Shown: positions 1 to 9,808 of the stretch, piece by piece
Layout: the number at the start of each line of letters is the position of its first letter
Position numbering within the stretch: the stretch's first letter is position 1
Source of the DNA: Gammaproteobacteria bacterium
GTDB lineage: Bacteria > Pseudomonadota > Gammaproteobacteria > UBA4575
Length of the DNA: 64,000 bases
Direction: 5' to 3'
NCBI GenBank assembly: GCA_965222615.1
Contig: CBDCUI010000007.1
Coordinates: 416,001-480,000 of the forward strand
Program-made: the position numbers and the translations under genes
Notes under the pieces: model-generated
The model's input: only the letters and a program-made list of their open reading frames with translations
Told to the model about the DNA's origin: nothing
Database searches by the model: none

Positions 1-282
1 TTGCTAACAAATGTAGTATCTAACAACGCCGCCGCCGTGATAGGAACACCAGTAGCAGTCAGCATTGCTCAGCAACTCGATCAACCTGCTGTACCGTTTA
101 TACTTGCAGTTTTATTTGGTGCAAATATGAGTTATATCACTCCAATGGCCTACAAAACTAACTTGCTGGTAATGAACGCAGGTGGTTACAAGTTCATTGA
201 CTTTGTAAAGGTAGGCACACCGCTTACCATAATAATGTGGCTTACTTATTCATGGTTATTGCCACTTATCTATAAGCTTTAA
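1..282 (+). CDS. SLC13/CitMHS-family (TrkA-C type) permease, C-terminal part (5' truncated by window)
   Basis: Hydrophobic ORF with VSNNAAA and YITPMAYKTNLLVMNAGGYKFIDF motifs typical of SLC13 permease C-termini. Confidence 0.8.
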   Translation: MLTNVVSNNAAAVIGTPVAVSIAQQLDQPAVPFILAVLFGANMSYITPMAYKTNLLVMNAGGYKFIDFVKVGTPLTIIMWLTYSWLLPLIYKL

Positions 283-367
283 TATTTGAGCACACTAATA
301 ATAATAAGAACCGCTAGCTTCAGTTATAGTAAAACTTTAGTAGTTCTATGGGCTTACGGCTTTTAGC

Positions 368-865
368 ATGAATAAACGCATATTTGTAATTATTTTATTT
401 TCACTCCTTTTACCAATGCTATTCGCATGTTCACATGCACCTAAACAAACTGAAAATAATTCTAGCAAATCAACGTATATCAAAAATGAGCCACCATCTC
501 TCGGACAGCAAATAGCAAATTTAGCAAAATTACAAGTTGGTAAACCGTATCGATATGGTGGAGCTTCACCAAATGGCTTTGACTGTAGTGGTTTAGTGTA
601 TTACACCCATGGAAAGTTTGGCATTAACACACCAAGGACATCATCTGCTCTTTTTAATTACGCCCGCCCGATTAAATTAAATCAACTTAATTTAGGTGAC
701 GTGGTGTTTTTTAAAATTGACAGAAAAAAAATTTCTCACGTAGGTATTTATATTGGCAAAGGTCAATTTGTACATGCACCGAGTTCTGGCAAAAAGGTTG
801 CCACTAATTACTTAAATGATCCCTATTGGAAAACACGTATCGTGAGTGCCGGTCGGTTGTATTAA
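368..865 (+). CDS. NlpC/P60 (C40 family) lipoprotein peptidase
   Basis: Lipobox LFAC; GKPYRYGG..GFDCSGL catalytic Cys; HVGIYIG..FVHA. Confidence 0.92.
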   Translation: MNKRIFVIILFSLLLPMLFACSHAPKQTENNSSKSTYIKNEPPSLGQQIANLAKLQVGKPYRYGGASPNGFDCSGLVYYTHGKFGINTPRTSSALFNYARPIKLNQLNLGDVVFFKIDRKKISHVGIYIGKGQFVHAPSSGKKVATNYLNDPYWKTRIVSAGRLY

Positions 866-997
866 CTATCATTAAGCTGGTTGTGATCCACTTCAAGCTC
901 TGCTTTATGCTATCCCCACTAATCACTGTTCAAACACCATTAATCGAGATCGCTTATTCGACATCCAGCCTGTCACCTATGATAAATGGGCCCTAAC

Positions 998-1008
998 TAC
1001 AAGGATGT
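998..1008 (+). promoter_or_regulatory. Candidate CsrA/RsmA binding site upstream of a small ORF
   Basis: TACAAGGATGT matches the CsrA SELEX consensus RUACARGGAUGU; further GGA motifs at ~1013, ~1022 and ~1028. Confidence 0.5.
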
Positions 1009-1019
1009 GAATGGGAAGT

Positions 1020-1175
1020 ATGGAAACGGATGTCAGACAGACGGTGAGAAAAATATTTGAAGATTTGAGAAAACGTCAACCCAAAACGCGATCTAGAAAA
1101 AGTGACCGTGTAAACGTGGACCAGATCTTAAACGAATTTAATCAAAGACACCCCCACCAAGAAGATATCGATTAG
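1020..1175 (+). CDS. Unannotated small protein, 51 aa (METDVRQTVRKIFEDLRKRQPKTRSRKSDRVNVDQILNEFNQRHPHQEDID)
   Basis: Read directly: ATG 1020 (in-frame ATG also at 1011) to TAG 1173-1175, purine-rich upstream region, fills the gap converging on dsbA; below the ORF-track length cutoff. Confidence 0.55.
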   Translation: METDVRQTVRKIFEDLRKRQPKTRSRKSDRVNVDQILNEFNQRHPHQEDID

Positions 1176-1184
1176 ATAGATTCT

Positions 1185-1895
1185 CTATTCTGCGTTATCT
1201 GCTTTTGTAGCTATCTTTGCTTCTTTCTCAGCCAAATAATTTATTAACTGCAATAAACGATCATAGCCACCTGCGTCTCCTGCTGTACTCCTATATTTAC
1301 CATCAATAATAACTGTCGGTACTGCACTTGACCCATATTGCCGTACCAATTGATTCGAGCGCTTTATTTTTGTCTCTACATAAAATGAGTCGTATGCCTT
1401 TTTAAACTCATCGGCATCAATACCATGCTGAGATAAAAAACGTGCCATTGAGTCCATGTCTCTCAGTCTTCTACCCTGTGTATGTATAGCTTCAAATATT
1501 ACAGAATGCATTTTATCGATCTCGCCCATGGTTTCTAATGCATAGTAAGCTCGCGCATGTGGAATCCAACCACGATTTAATACCGCAGGCATGCGTACAA
1601 ACTCGATATTTTCGGCTTTATTCTGCTTCCAATCCTTTAAAAATTTTTCAAATTCAAAACAATGTGGGCAGCCATACCAAAACAACTCTAAGACCTCAAC
1701 TTTGTCAGGACTGACGTCAGTAGACACAGGTGGAGAAATCTCATGGTAATGTTGACCGACTCGAAAATCATTGTGGTTGACATGGGTGTGAGAAGTCTGT
1801 TCTCCCCCATCGGCAATTGCTATTTGCAAAACCATTACCATCACAAAAACCAATGAAAGTACGGATAAAACACGAATGCGATTTGAAATAGCCAT
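1185..1895 (-). CDS. dsbA: Thiol:disulfide interchange protein DsbA
   Basis: Signal peptide, ELFWYGCPHC active site, cis-Pro AVPT; usual position downstream of cytochrome c4. Confidence 0.93.
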   Translation of the reverse strand: MAISNRIRVLSVLSLVFVMVMVLQIAIADGGEQTSHTHVNHNDFRVGQHYHEISPPVSTDVSPDKVEVLELFWYGCPHCFEFEKFLKDWKQNKAENIEFVRMPAVLNRGWIPHARAYYALETMGEIDKMHSVIFEAIHTQGRRLRDMDSMARFLSQHGIDADEFKKAYDSFYVETKIKRSNQLVRQYGSSAVPTVIIDGKYRSTAGDAGGYDRLLQLINYLAEKEAKIATKADNAE

Positions 1896-2008
1896 AGATT
1901 TTAGGGAAGGAATTTTGGTTACTTATTAAGACTATAAACGACCTATTTAGTTCTACTTTACCGTGCCTATAGACTAGTCACATAGACACCATTTATCTGG
2001 AATTCGGC

Positions 2009-2638
2009 CTAGTGCAACCCGGCAATATATTCTGCCACCGCTTCAATTTCCTGTTCAGTCATATAACTAGCAATATCTTTCATCATATTCAAATTATCAT
2101 CGATTTGATAACGTGCCCCACTTCGATACGCACGTATTTGTGCAGCGGTATATAGCGCATGTTGACCAGCTAGACGAGGAAATTTAGCAGGAGAATTACC
2201 AACCCCGTTGGGGGCGTGACAAGACATGCATGCCGGAACCCCTGTTTCAGGATTACCCCCTCTATATATACGCTCACCGATAACATATATTTGTTCACCC
2301 TGGAATTCTTTCTCTGGATCAGCAGCACCTTTACTTGGGGCTTGACTAGAATAAAATGCCGCTAAATCCAGCATATCCTGCTCAGATAAGTTTTCGGCCT
2401 GTGGATTCATCAAAGTATTGATGCGAATTTTTTCTTTAAACAGTTGCAACTGATCAACAAGATATTTCTCACCTTGACCAGCCAGCTTCGGCCATGCGGG
2501 GTTAACGCTATTGCCATCTACACCATGACAGGCTGCACATGGAGCTGACTTTTGTTGACCAACTTTGGGATCACCTGCGGCAATAGCAGAATTCATACCC
2601 AGAAAGAAAATAACGATCAAACAACACAGCTTTTTCAT
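2009..2638 (-). CDS. Di-heme cytochrome c4
   Basis: Two CxxCH motifs (CAACH, CMSCH), PKLAGQ; divergent from engB as in other Gammaproteobacteria. Confidence 0.93.
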   Translation of the reverse strand: MKKLCCLIVIFFLGMNSAIAAGDPKVGQQKSAPCAACHGVDGNSVNPAWPKLAGQGEKYLVDQLQLFKEKIRINTLMNPQAENLSEQDMLDLAAFYSSQAPSKGAADPEKEFQGEQIYVIGERIYRGGNPETGVPACMSCHAPNGVGNSPAKFPRLAGQHALYTAAQIRAYRSGARYQIDDNLNMMKDIASYMTEQEIEAVAEYIAGLH

Positions 2639-2869
2639 GTAATAAATTCCTTACTATAAATAATATATTTTGTGTTCTATCCTAGTCTTAATTTGCTAAT
2701 GACCACAGCAAAAGCGGCTGTTTGTATACCATAAAGAACTTGTCGCCGCAAAAAATCACCTATGCCATAACTAAAGCTGAGCATTCTTGACTAAATCCCT
2801 ATAGTCTTGGAAGTTCATGAATAGCAAGAGTTGCACAATTTTAGAGAATTTTGTATTTCCATCTACATC

Positions 2870-3484
2870 ATGAGCATCTCATTTACCCAAGCACGTTTTT
2901 TAAAAAGCGCGTCATCAAAACAAGACTTTCCACAAGATAGTGGTGCTGAAATCGCTTTTTGTGGTCGCTCTAACGCAGGCAAATCGAGTGCCATTAATGC
3001 CATATGCCGCCAAAAAAACCTTGCGCGCACCAGTAAAACACCAGGACGTACGCAGTTAATCAACTTTTTTAAATTAGATGGTGATGCCTATTTAGTCGAC
3101 CTACCTGGTTATGGCTATGCCAAAGCCCCTCGTCATATTCAACAGCATTGGCATAAATTGATGGAAATTTATTTGATGAATCGCCAAGTTTTATGTGGCT
3201 TAGTTTTATCCATGGATATTCGACATCCGTTGACGGATATTGATTGGGCCATGATTCACTGGAGCAAATATTATCAATTACCCTTATATATCCTGCTAAC
3301 CAAAATTGACAAAGTGAAAAAAAATCAAATGACGAAAACCATCACTAAGGTATCTTCTGAGCTAGAACTAAACGATTTTGAATTTGGAATTCAACTGTTT
3401 TCAGCTACCAAGCATATTGGCATTCACCAGGCACAGGAAAAAATTTCTGCGTGGTTTATGCGGGCCTTAATTGATCAACATTAA
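2870..3484 (+). CDS. engB: Ribosome biogenesis GTP-binding protein YihA/YsxC (EngB)
   Basis: GRSNAGKSS, SKTPGRTQ, DLPGYG, TKID motifs; ATG 2870 preferred over TTG 2831. Confidence 0.95.
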   Translation: MSISFTQARFLKSASSKQDFPQDSGAEIAFCGRSNAGKSSAINAICRQKNLARTSKTPGRTQLINFFKLDGDAYLVDLPGYGYAKAPRHIQQHWHKLMEIYLMNRQVLCGLVLSMDIRHPLTDIDWAMIHWSKYYQLPLYILLTKIDKVKKNQMTKTITKVSSELELNDFEFGIQLFSATKHIGIHQAQEKISAWFMRALIDQH

Positions 3485-3491
3485 ATCAGCT

Positions 3492-3605
3492 AAAAAAGCG
3501 CCCCGGTTAAATGGGAAAAAAAACCGGGGCCAAGTAGGACTCGGTTGGGGAGCCCGAGCCTAAAACGCCCGCTAAGGGAGGGAAGCGGGTAGCGCTGTTG
3601 CGCTA
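3492..3605 (-). ncRNA. Candidate sigmaE-dependent sRNA with three C-rich stem-loops (ErsA/sX13-like)
   Basis: Minus strand folds into UAGCGC/GCGCUA, CCCGCU[UCCCUCCCUU]AGCGGG, UAGG-CUCGG[GCUCCCCAA]CCGAGUCCUA and a GCCCCGGUU/AACCGGGGC terminator with U6; lies between polA and engB. Confidence 0.75.
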
Positions 3606-3609
3606 TGTA

Positions 3610-3636
3610 TTAGAGGGTACTAAAGCTTAAAAGTTC
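3610..3636 (-). promoter_or_regulatory. sigmaE (RpoE/AlgU) promoter
   Basis: GAACTT-N16-TCTAA on the minus strand, directly upstream of the structured RNA. Confidence 0.75.
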
Positions 3637-3668
3637 GCGATTTGCCTAAATAACGTGAGGTGATGCTA

Positions 3669-4034
3669 TTAAAATCGCTGCTTTACAGATACTCCATAGG
3701 CCTCCACATCTTCCTCGGGTAACTTCACACCGTGATATCTGTGCGGATCCTTGCGCAAATCATCTAGGCCATCACCTCTGTAGATCTGTAATGAAAACTT
3801 TCTTTGTTCAGAACTAGACGAATTCGCGGGACTGTCGCTGCCATACCTTGGAGAGGTATTCAAACTATAGCCCGATGGTGGTGTTATGACCGGAGTCCAA
3901 ATATATGGATGGTAAGGGTCAGTTAACGATAAATTCCCCAAATTTAAATCCAATGCCATTGCTACCTGAGCAATCGAACCCATCGAAATGACAATGGTAA
4001 ACAATAGGGCTGATTTAATGATGTTCCTTATCAT
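3669..4034 (-). CDS. Hypothetical exported protein
   Basis: Signal peptide from MIRNII...VAMA; ends in YGVSVKQRF, resembling an outer-membrane C-terminal Phe signal. Confidence 0.6.
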   Translation of the reverse strand: MIRNIIKSALLFTIVISMGSIAQVAMALDLNLGNLSLTDPYHPYIWTPVITPPSGYSLNTSPRYGSDSPANSSSSEQRKFSLQIYRGDGLDDLRKDPHRYHGVKLPEEDVEAYGVSVKQRF

Positions 4035-4272
4035 TTTAAAATCCCTGTGTAGTGAGCCCATTGATACTAGGCTCACATTGTTCCAACTCAAAATCCTATT
4101 GACGAATGATTATATTTACCCGTCGTGAACCGGCGTATGAAGGTTGATAAAAGGCTATGGCTGATAGATGAAGCGTAGCTTTGCACTAGCAGCAAACTTC
4201 AGACTTGCGAACTCAATCACATAATATTTGCTGCTTTACCAGCTATTGAGCTTAGCTCAAATCTGGCATAGA

Positions 4273-6558
4273 TCAACTATCTTCGTAACTAATAATTTGT
4301 ATTTTATCTATTTGTTGTTTGATATCTGCATCACTAAATGGAATGGATTGAGCCTGTTTGTATAAGAACGATGAAGTGTTGTAATTTTTATTTTGAGACT
4401 CGAGGTCTGCCCAATTAAGGTAATAGCTTTTAATAATTAATAAACCCGCCTTTGCAGCTTCACTATAAGGATATCTCTTTAGTATTTTCTGATAAGCCAT
4501 TTGTGCATCAAGAAATATTTGATAGTCACGATTATTTGAAGCTAAGCCAGTTTCAATTTGTTGCAATTTTTCATTAGCTTTGGCTAAAACTATTTGAACC
4601 TCAGTTGGTTCATTTTGTGTCAGTAGCAAAAGATTTTTTCTATTAACAAAATCACTTTTTAATTTTTCTAGACCCTTTAAAGCACTCAAGGTTTTCTCAT
4701 TTTGCGGTTCAAGCATAAGTGCTTTGTTGAGAAAGCCTTTCGCACGATTTGTTTCGTCATTTTGGATATAGTAATTAGCCCAACTTATATACTTGTCGTG
4801 AATCTTTTTTATGCCTTTGAGCGCAGCAGGATGCTTGGGGGCAGTAAATAAAATAAATTGATAAGTTTCATAGGCATTATCTCCCGCTGGCGTAGTTAAT
4901 TTTTTGGCTTTGAACTGCTGGGCAGCTAGAACAAGCAATCTATCAAGCTCTTGTTCTTTACTTATAGAATCAGATTGCACTGGTATATCAGTATTATCAA
5001 CTGATAATTCATCTTCTAAAGACACCATATCAACAATGCTTTCAACTGTAGTATTTGGTTTATCTGTTTTTTCTAATGATAGCACTTTGCTTTCTTTAGT
5101 TACTGTCGCAATATCTGTAGGAATAATATTTGAATTTTTTTCTACAAGTTGTTGCTGATTGTCGATTTTCGGTTCAATATTTCCATCCTGCATACGATAA
5201 GATACTAAAAACACCGCTGTGACCACTAACGCCATCAGCGCAGAACTTATATTCCAACTTGATGATCCTTTTTTAGCAAAAAGCAACTCATGAGTTTGCT
5301 TAATCTTATTACTAAAAGTGACAATAGTTTGACGCAAAAACTTTATGATTGCATCGACCATTAAATCGTAATGTTTAAGAATCGATGCCAGCACACCTCG
5401 AGTTTTGCTGATAAGTACTTCAATCTTTGATTTAACTCTAGAGTTACTATTACGTGTCGATTCACATAGCTGTCGCGCATAATTTTTTCGCTCTATAACA
5501 AATCTTTTAACCGTATTGAATAACTTGAGCTTTTTCGCAAACAGGAAATTAGCTAGTGTAGCCGAACCAGCTGAGAATAAATTGACTGTCTGATATAGTG
5601 GTTTTTTAATTCCGTCTTTAGCCTTAATTAGTACTTGTTTAAAATTAAAGCTGTTTACATTTGGTTTAGTCTTTTGCTTCTTAGCACTTATTGATTTCGT
5701 GGATTTGAAAAAGCGATTGAAAAATGTAGTTAAAACTTGTAAAGATTTATGTTCAAAATCAGCTCTGACTTCAAATAAATTTTGATTATATGCGAGATCG
5801 CTTATATCTGATTTAGTTCTTCGCATTTTCATGCGTGTTTGTTTCGTGGGCCTAACGAAACGATTTAAAAATGTTCTTAAAGTTTGTAATGGTTTATATT
5901 CAAAATCAGCTCTGACTTCAAATAAATCCTGATTAAATTCAGATTCATTTTTATCTGATATTACTGCTTGCTGCCTATTCGAAGATATGGAACCAATGGT
6001 TTTTTTGTTCGGCACATCAATTGAAGAATGCATAATATTTTGTGCTGTAAAGTAATCTATACTTTGCAGCTTTTTTTGCAGTCCTGGTGAGCCTACCAGA
6101 ATAAACTGTACAGTATGATTCTCTGCTATATCATGCGCATTAATTTTGAACAAAGACGTAAGTTTCTCTGCAATTAAACTATCTGCATCATCGATCATCA
6201 CTACTAATTTTTTGTTCGACTTGATCGACTGAATAATATGATCAATTAATAAGCTGAAATTATGGATATAAGATTTTCTATCTCTGTTTCTTTGCAAATC
6301 AATTTTGAACTTTATCGTTTGTGTAGAGAACGATAAGTCTTTTCCTCTAACAAATATTAAATGACTATTCGTTGTAATATTTTGAGCTAATGTCGATAGC
6401 AGTCTATTTCTGCTACTTCGTTTTTTTCCTATCAGAACAATATATTTAGTCTCGCTATGCAAGGCACGCATAATTTCCATCTGTCCACTTTGTAATCGCG
6501 CAGCATCTGTTTCCGCGATAAGCGGCTTTTTGTCATAGGCTGGAAATATGGTGCTCAT
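4273..6558 (-). CDS. Membrane-anchored protein with a degenerate ExeA-like AAA domain and TPR-like periplasmic repeats
   Basis: Walker-B-like VVMIDDA and QFILVGSPGL but degenerate Walker A (GKKRSSRNR); one TM; LTTPAGDNAY..AALKG repeats; start uncertain (6558 or upstream). Confidence 0.6.
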   Translation of the reverse strand: MSTIFPAYDKKPLIAETDAARLQSGQMEIMRALHSETKYIVLIGKKRSSRNRLLSTLAQNITTNSHLIFVRGKDLSFSTQTIKFKIDLQRNRDRKSYIHNFSLLIDHIIQSIKSNKKLVVMIDDADSLIAEKLTSLFKINAHDIAENHTVQFILVGSPGLQKKLQSIDYFTAQNIMHSSIDVPNKKTIGSISSNRQQAVISDKNESEFNQDLFEVRADFEYKPLQTLRTFLNRFVRPTKQTRMKMRRTKSDISDLAYNQNLFEVRADFEHKSLQVLTTFFNRFFKSTKSISAKKQKTKPNVNSFNFKQVLIKAKDGIKKPLYQTVNLFSAGSATLANFLFAKKLKLFNTVKRFVIERKNYARQLCESTRNSNSRVKSKIEVLISKTRGVLASILKHYDLMVDAIIKFLRQTIVTFSNKIKQTHELLFAKKGSSSWNISSALMALVVTAVFLVSYRMQDGNIEPKIDNQQQLVEKNSNIIPTDIATVTKESKVLSLEKTDKPNTTVESIVDMVSLEDELSVDNTDIPVQSDSISKEQELDRLLVLAAQQFKAKKLTTPAGDNAYETYQFILFTAPKHPAALKGIKKIHDKYISWANYYIQNDETNRAKGFLNKALMLEPQNEKTLSALKGLEKLKSDFVNRKNLLLLTQNEPTEVQIVLAKANEKLQQIETGLASNNRDYQIFLDAQMAYQKILKRYPYSEAAKAGLLIIKSYYLNWADLESQNKNYNTSSFLYKQAQSIPFSDADIKQQIDKIQIISYEDS
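5752..5927. repeat. In-frame 147-bp tandem duplication within the ExeA-like gene
   Basis: Identical 29-mer ttcaaaatcagctctgacttcaaataaat at 5752 and 5899 (LFEVRADFE twice). Confidence 0.9.
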
Positions 6559-6912
6559 ATCATCTTGATCAAAAATACTATTATCAGTATTCAATGATAT
6601 AGGAAATTGCAAAAAAATAATCAGATTACTGATTGTATAAATTTGCAAAAACTATGAAAAAATGTTTAAAAAGTGAATTGGCCTAAAAAATTATATGGAA
6701 ATAAATTCCCCTTCAAAAATTCTGGGTAATCGTTTTACGATTTGTTTAAATTTATTTTATCTGGCTCTATTTGGTATTTAATGAAGCAAGTAACATTTTC
6801 GAATATTAGTAATCATAAAAATCAAGTTTTTTGTTAAGAATAAAAGTAGAAATAGAAAGCGATGCTAACTGACAACTTTACATTCGCGTATCAGATAGAT
6901 TTATAACAAGAT

Positions 6913-9648
6913 TTAATGGGCTTCATCCCAATTGCTACCATACGCAGCATCTACAACTAATGGCACAGACAGTTCTGCTGCGTTTACCATATATTCAATA
7001 ATGGTGTCTTTTATTTTTTCGTCACACTTTTCGGGCACTTCAAAAACTAATTCATCATGTACTTGCATAATCATTTTACAATCTGAATGCTTTTGTTGTA
7101 GCCAATCATCAATTTGAATCATGGCGCGCTTAATGATATCAGCTGCTGTACCCTGCATCGGCGCATTTATTGCAGTGCGTTCGGCGTATTGCCGTCGCTG
7201 TACATTTTTATTATTGATATCGGGCAGATAGAGTCTTCTGCCAAACAATGTTTCAACATAACCCTGTTCACGTGCCTGCTCGCGAATATTATCCATATAC
7301 TTTTTAACCCCTGGATAACGTTCAAAATATAAACTTACATATTGTTGTGCTTCGGTACGTGTAATGCCTAATTGGCGTGCCAATCCAAACGCCGACATAC
7401 CGTAAATCAAACCAAAGTTTATCGCCTTTGCGGCACGACGCTGTTCTGCTTCAACCTTGTTCAGTGCAATACCAAAAACTTCTGCAGCAGTAGACCGATG
7501 TATGTCTTCTCCCTTTGCAAAGGCTTCACCTAATCTTTCATCTTGGGATAAATGAGCCATGATTCTCAATTCAATTTGAGAATAGTCAGCTGCTAAAATC
7601 TGCTGGTCTGTTGGAGCAATAAATGCCTGCCTAATACGTCTACCTTCTTCTGTACGTATTGGAATGTTTTGTAAATTTGGATCGGAAGAAGATAGCCTAC
7701 CCGTTGAAGCTACCGCTTGATGATAAGAAGTGTGGATGCGATTAGTAGAGGTGTTAATTAATGTTGTAAGCTTATCTGTATAGGTTGATTTAAGTTTACT
7801 TAAAGTGCGATGCTCAAGTAATAATTTTGGTAACGGATAATTCTCTGCAAGTTCTTGTAATACATCTTCTGCAGTAGAGGGCTGACCCTTTGGTGTCTTA
7901 CGTATAACCGGCAGGCCTTGTTTCTCAAACAATATTTCTTGAATTTGTTTTGGCGAGCCTAAATTAAATTTTTGTCCAGCGAGTTCAAACGCTTGTTTTT
8001 CTGTATCTTCTATTATTTTTTGAAACTCTTTGCTAAGCCGTTGTAACTGCTTGGCATCTAACAAAACTCCATTACGCTCCATATTCGAAAGAACTTTAAG
8101 CATGGGTAGCTCGATGCTTAAGTATAGGCTTTTTTGTTTGGATTTTTGCTTTTGTTCTAGCTCAGACCAGAAGATTTGATGTAGCTGCAATACCATATCC
8201 GCATCTTCTGCCGCATATTCGACAGCCTTATCTAACTCTACTTGATCGAAAGTAATTTGCTTACTGCCTTTGCCTGCTACATCTTCAAAATGAATATTGG
8301 CATGGCCCAGATGCTTCTCACACAAGGAATCAAGATCATGTCGACTGGCGACCGAGTTACAAACATAAGACTGCAGCATGGTGTCATGCTGTATGCCATC
8401 TAATTGAATATCATGATTTAGCAAAACACTGCGATCATATTTTAAATTATGGCCAATAATCTTGCTGGGATCAGCATTTAAAATTGGCTCAAGCTTTTGA
8501 AGGATCTCTTCTCTATCTAACTGTTTAGGTGCGCCAGGATAATCATGCTTAAAAGGAACGTATGCGGCTTCACCCGGTGTAACGGCGAAGGAAAGGCCAA
8601 CAACATTGGCCTGCATATAATCAAGATTGTCTGTTTCCGTGTCAAAGGCGACCAAATCTGCCTGCTGAAGTCGATTTAACCAACGATTCAAATCTTTTTT
8701 AGTAAGAATACATTCATAATTCCGTTGCTTAGTTTCTGCACTGGGTTTTGGCGCAACTTCTTCCTCAATTATTTCATTTGCTTCAGACTCAAGTTTTTTT
8801 AACCAGCTTTTAAATTCAAGCTCTGTGTAGAGCTGCTTTAATAGTTTTAAATCTGCTGTTTGAATTTTTAAATCTTCGATACCGATATCTAAATCCAAAT
8901 CACAACGTATAGTGGTTAGTTCATATGACAGAGGAAGTTGTTTGATATGTGCGCGCAGCTTTTCACCTACCTTGCCTTTAATCGTGTCTGAGTTTTCGAT
9001 TACTCCGTCCAGCGATTCATGTTCATTCAGCCATTTGGCCGCAGTCTTTGGGCCGACACTAGGTACCCCAGGTATATTGTCGGACTTATCGCCCGTTAGC
9101 GTTAGATAGTCGATAATTTGACTGGGTGTGACCCCGAACTTTTTCTTAACCCCTGAAGCATCCATTTTGGTATTTGTCATGGTGTTAACTAACGTGACAT
9201 GGTCATTGACTAATTGAGCCATATCTTTATCACCTGTAGACACCAATACCTGTCGTCCTTGCTCGGCTGCACGTTTGGCTAAGGTGCCGATCACATCATC
9301 TGCTTCTACACCAGGCTCTAAAATAAGTGGTAAACCCAATGCTTGCACAATGTTATGTAACGGCTCGATTTGCTGCTGCAGCTCCTCCGGCATCGGTGGT
9401 CGATTGGCTTTATAGTCTTTATACATATCATGTCTAAAGGTCTTGCCTTTGGCATCAAATACAACAGCCATATGCTTTGGTCGTTCATCGTTGAGCAATT
9501 TATTAAGCATATTGACCACACCATATATTGCGCCTGTGGGCTGGCCTGATGATGTGCTTAAATGTTGTAAATTCGGTACATGAAAAGCCCGATACAAATA
9601 AGAGGAGCCATCAACCAATATCAGCGGAGGTGTATTATTTTTAGCCAT
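6913..9648 (-). CDS. polA: DNA polymerase I
   Basis: LVDGSSYLYRAFH 5'-3' exo, DTET 3'-5' exo, DYSQIELR, AKAINFGLIYG, QVHDE. Confidence 0.98.
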   Translation of the reverse strand: MAKNNTPPLILVDGSSYLYRAFHVPNLQHLSTSSGQPTGAIYGVVNMLNKLLNDERPKHMAVVFDAKGKTFRHDMYKDYKANRPPMPEELQQQIEPLHNIVQALGLPLILEPGVEADDVIGTLAKRAAEQGRQVLVSTGDKDMAQLVNDHVTLVNTMTNTKMDASGVKKKFGVTPSQIIDYLTLTGDKSDNIPGVPSVGPKTAAKWLNEHESLDGVIENSDTIKGKVGEKLRAHIKQLPLSYELTTIRCDLDLDIGIEDLKIQTADLKLLKQLYTELEFKSWLKKLESEANEIIEEEVAPKPSAETKQRNYECILTKKDLNRWLNRLQQADLVAFDTETDNLDYMQANVVGLSFAVTPGEAAYVPFKHDYPGAPKQLDREEILQKLEPILNADPSKIIGHNLKYDRSVLLNHDIQLDGIQHDTMLQSYVCNSVASRHDLDSLCEKHLGHANIHFEDVAGKGSKQITFDQVELDKAVEYAAEDADMVLQLHQIFWSELEQKQKSKQKSLYLSIELPMLKVLSNMERNGVLLDAKQLQRLSKEFQKIIEDTEKQAFELAGQKFNLGSPKQIQEILFEKQGLPVIRKTPKGQPSTAEDVLQELAENYPLPKLLLEHRTLSKLKSTYTDKLTTLINTSTNRIHTSYHQAVASTGRLSSSDPNLQNIPIRTEEGRRIRQAFIAPTDQQILAADYSQIELRIMAHLSQDERLGEAFAKGEDIHRSTAAEVFGIALNKVEAEQRRAAKAINFGLIYGMSAFGLARQLGITRTEAQQYVSLYFERYPGVKKYMDNIREQAREQGYVETLFGRRLYLPDINNKNVQRRQYAERTAINAPMQGTAADIIKRAMIQIDDWLQQKHSDCKMIMQVHDELVFEVPEKCDEKIKDTIIEYMVNAAELSVPLVVDAAYGSNWDEAH

Positions 9649-9808
9649 ATTTTATTTAACTAAGGGCACACTAGTGGTCACTCTAGTAGAACGTTATCAT
9701 GTCACTAAAAATTGCAGCATGAAAGATTGCAAATATATTCCACATCTTGAGTCAGGTATCTTATGTGGATTATGTTGGTCCAGTTTTTATGCAAAATTAT
9801 TATCCTCT

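Noticed and set aside
4188-4260. Inverted repeats agcagcaaa/tttgctgct and ttgagc/gctcaa as a riboswitch
   Set aside because: No aptamer motif was recognised and the stems are too short to support a call.
6649-6912. Spot42 (spf) directly downstream of polA
   Set aside because: The region is AT-rich with no spf-like sequence or terminator; the structured RNA is at 3492-3605 instead.
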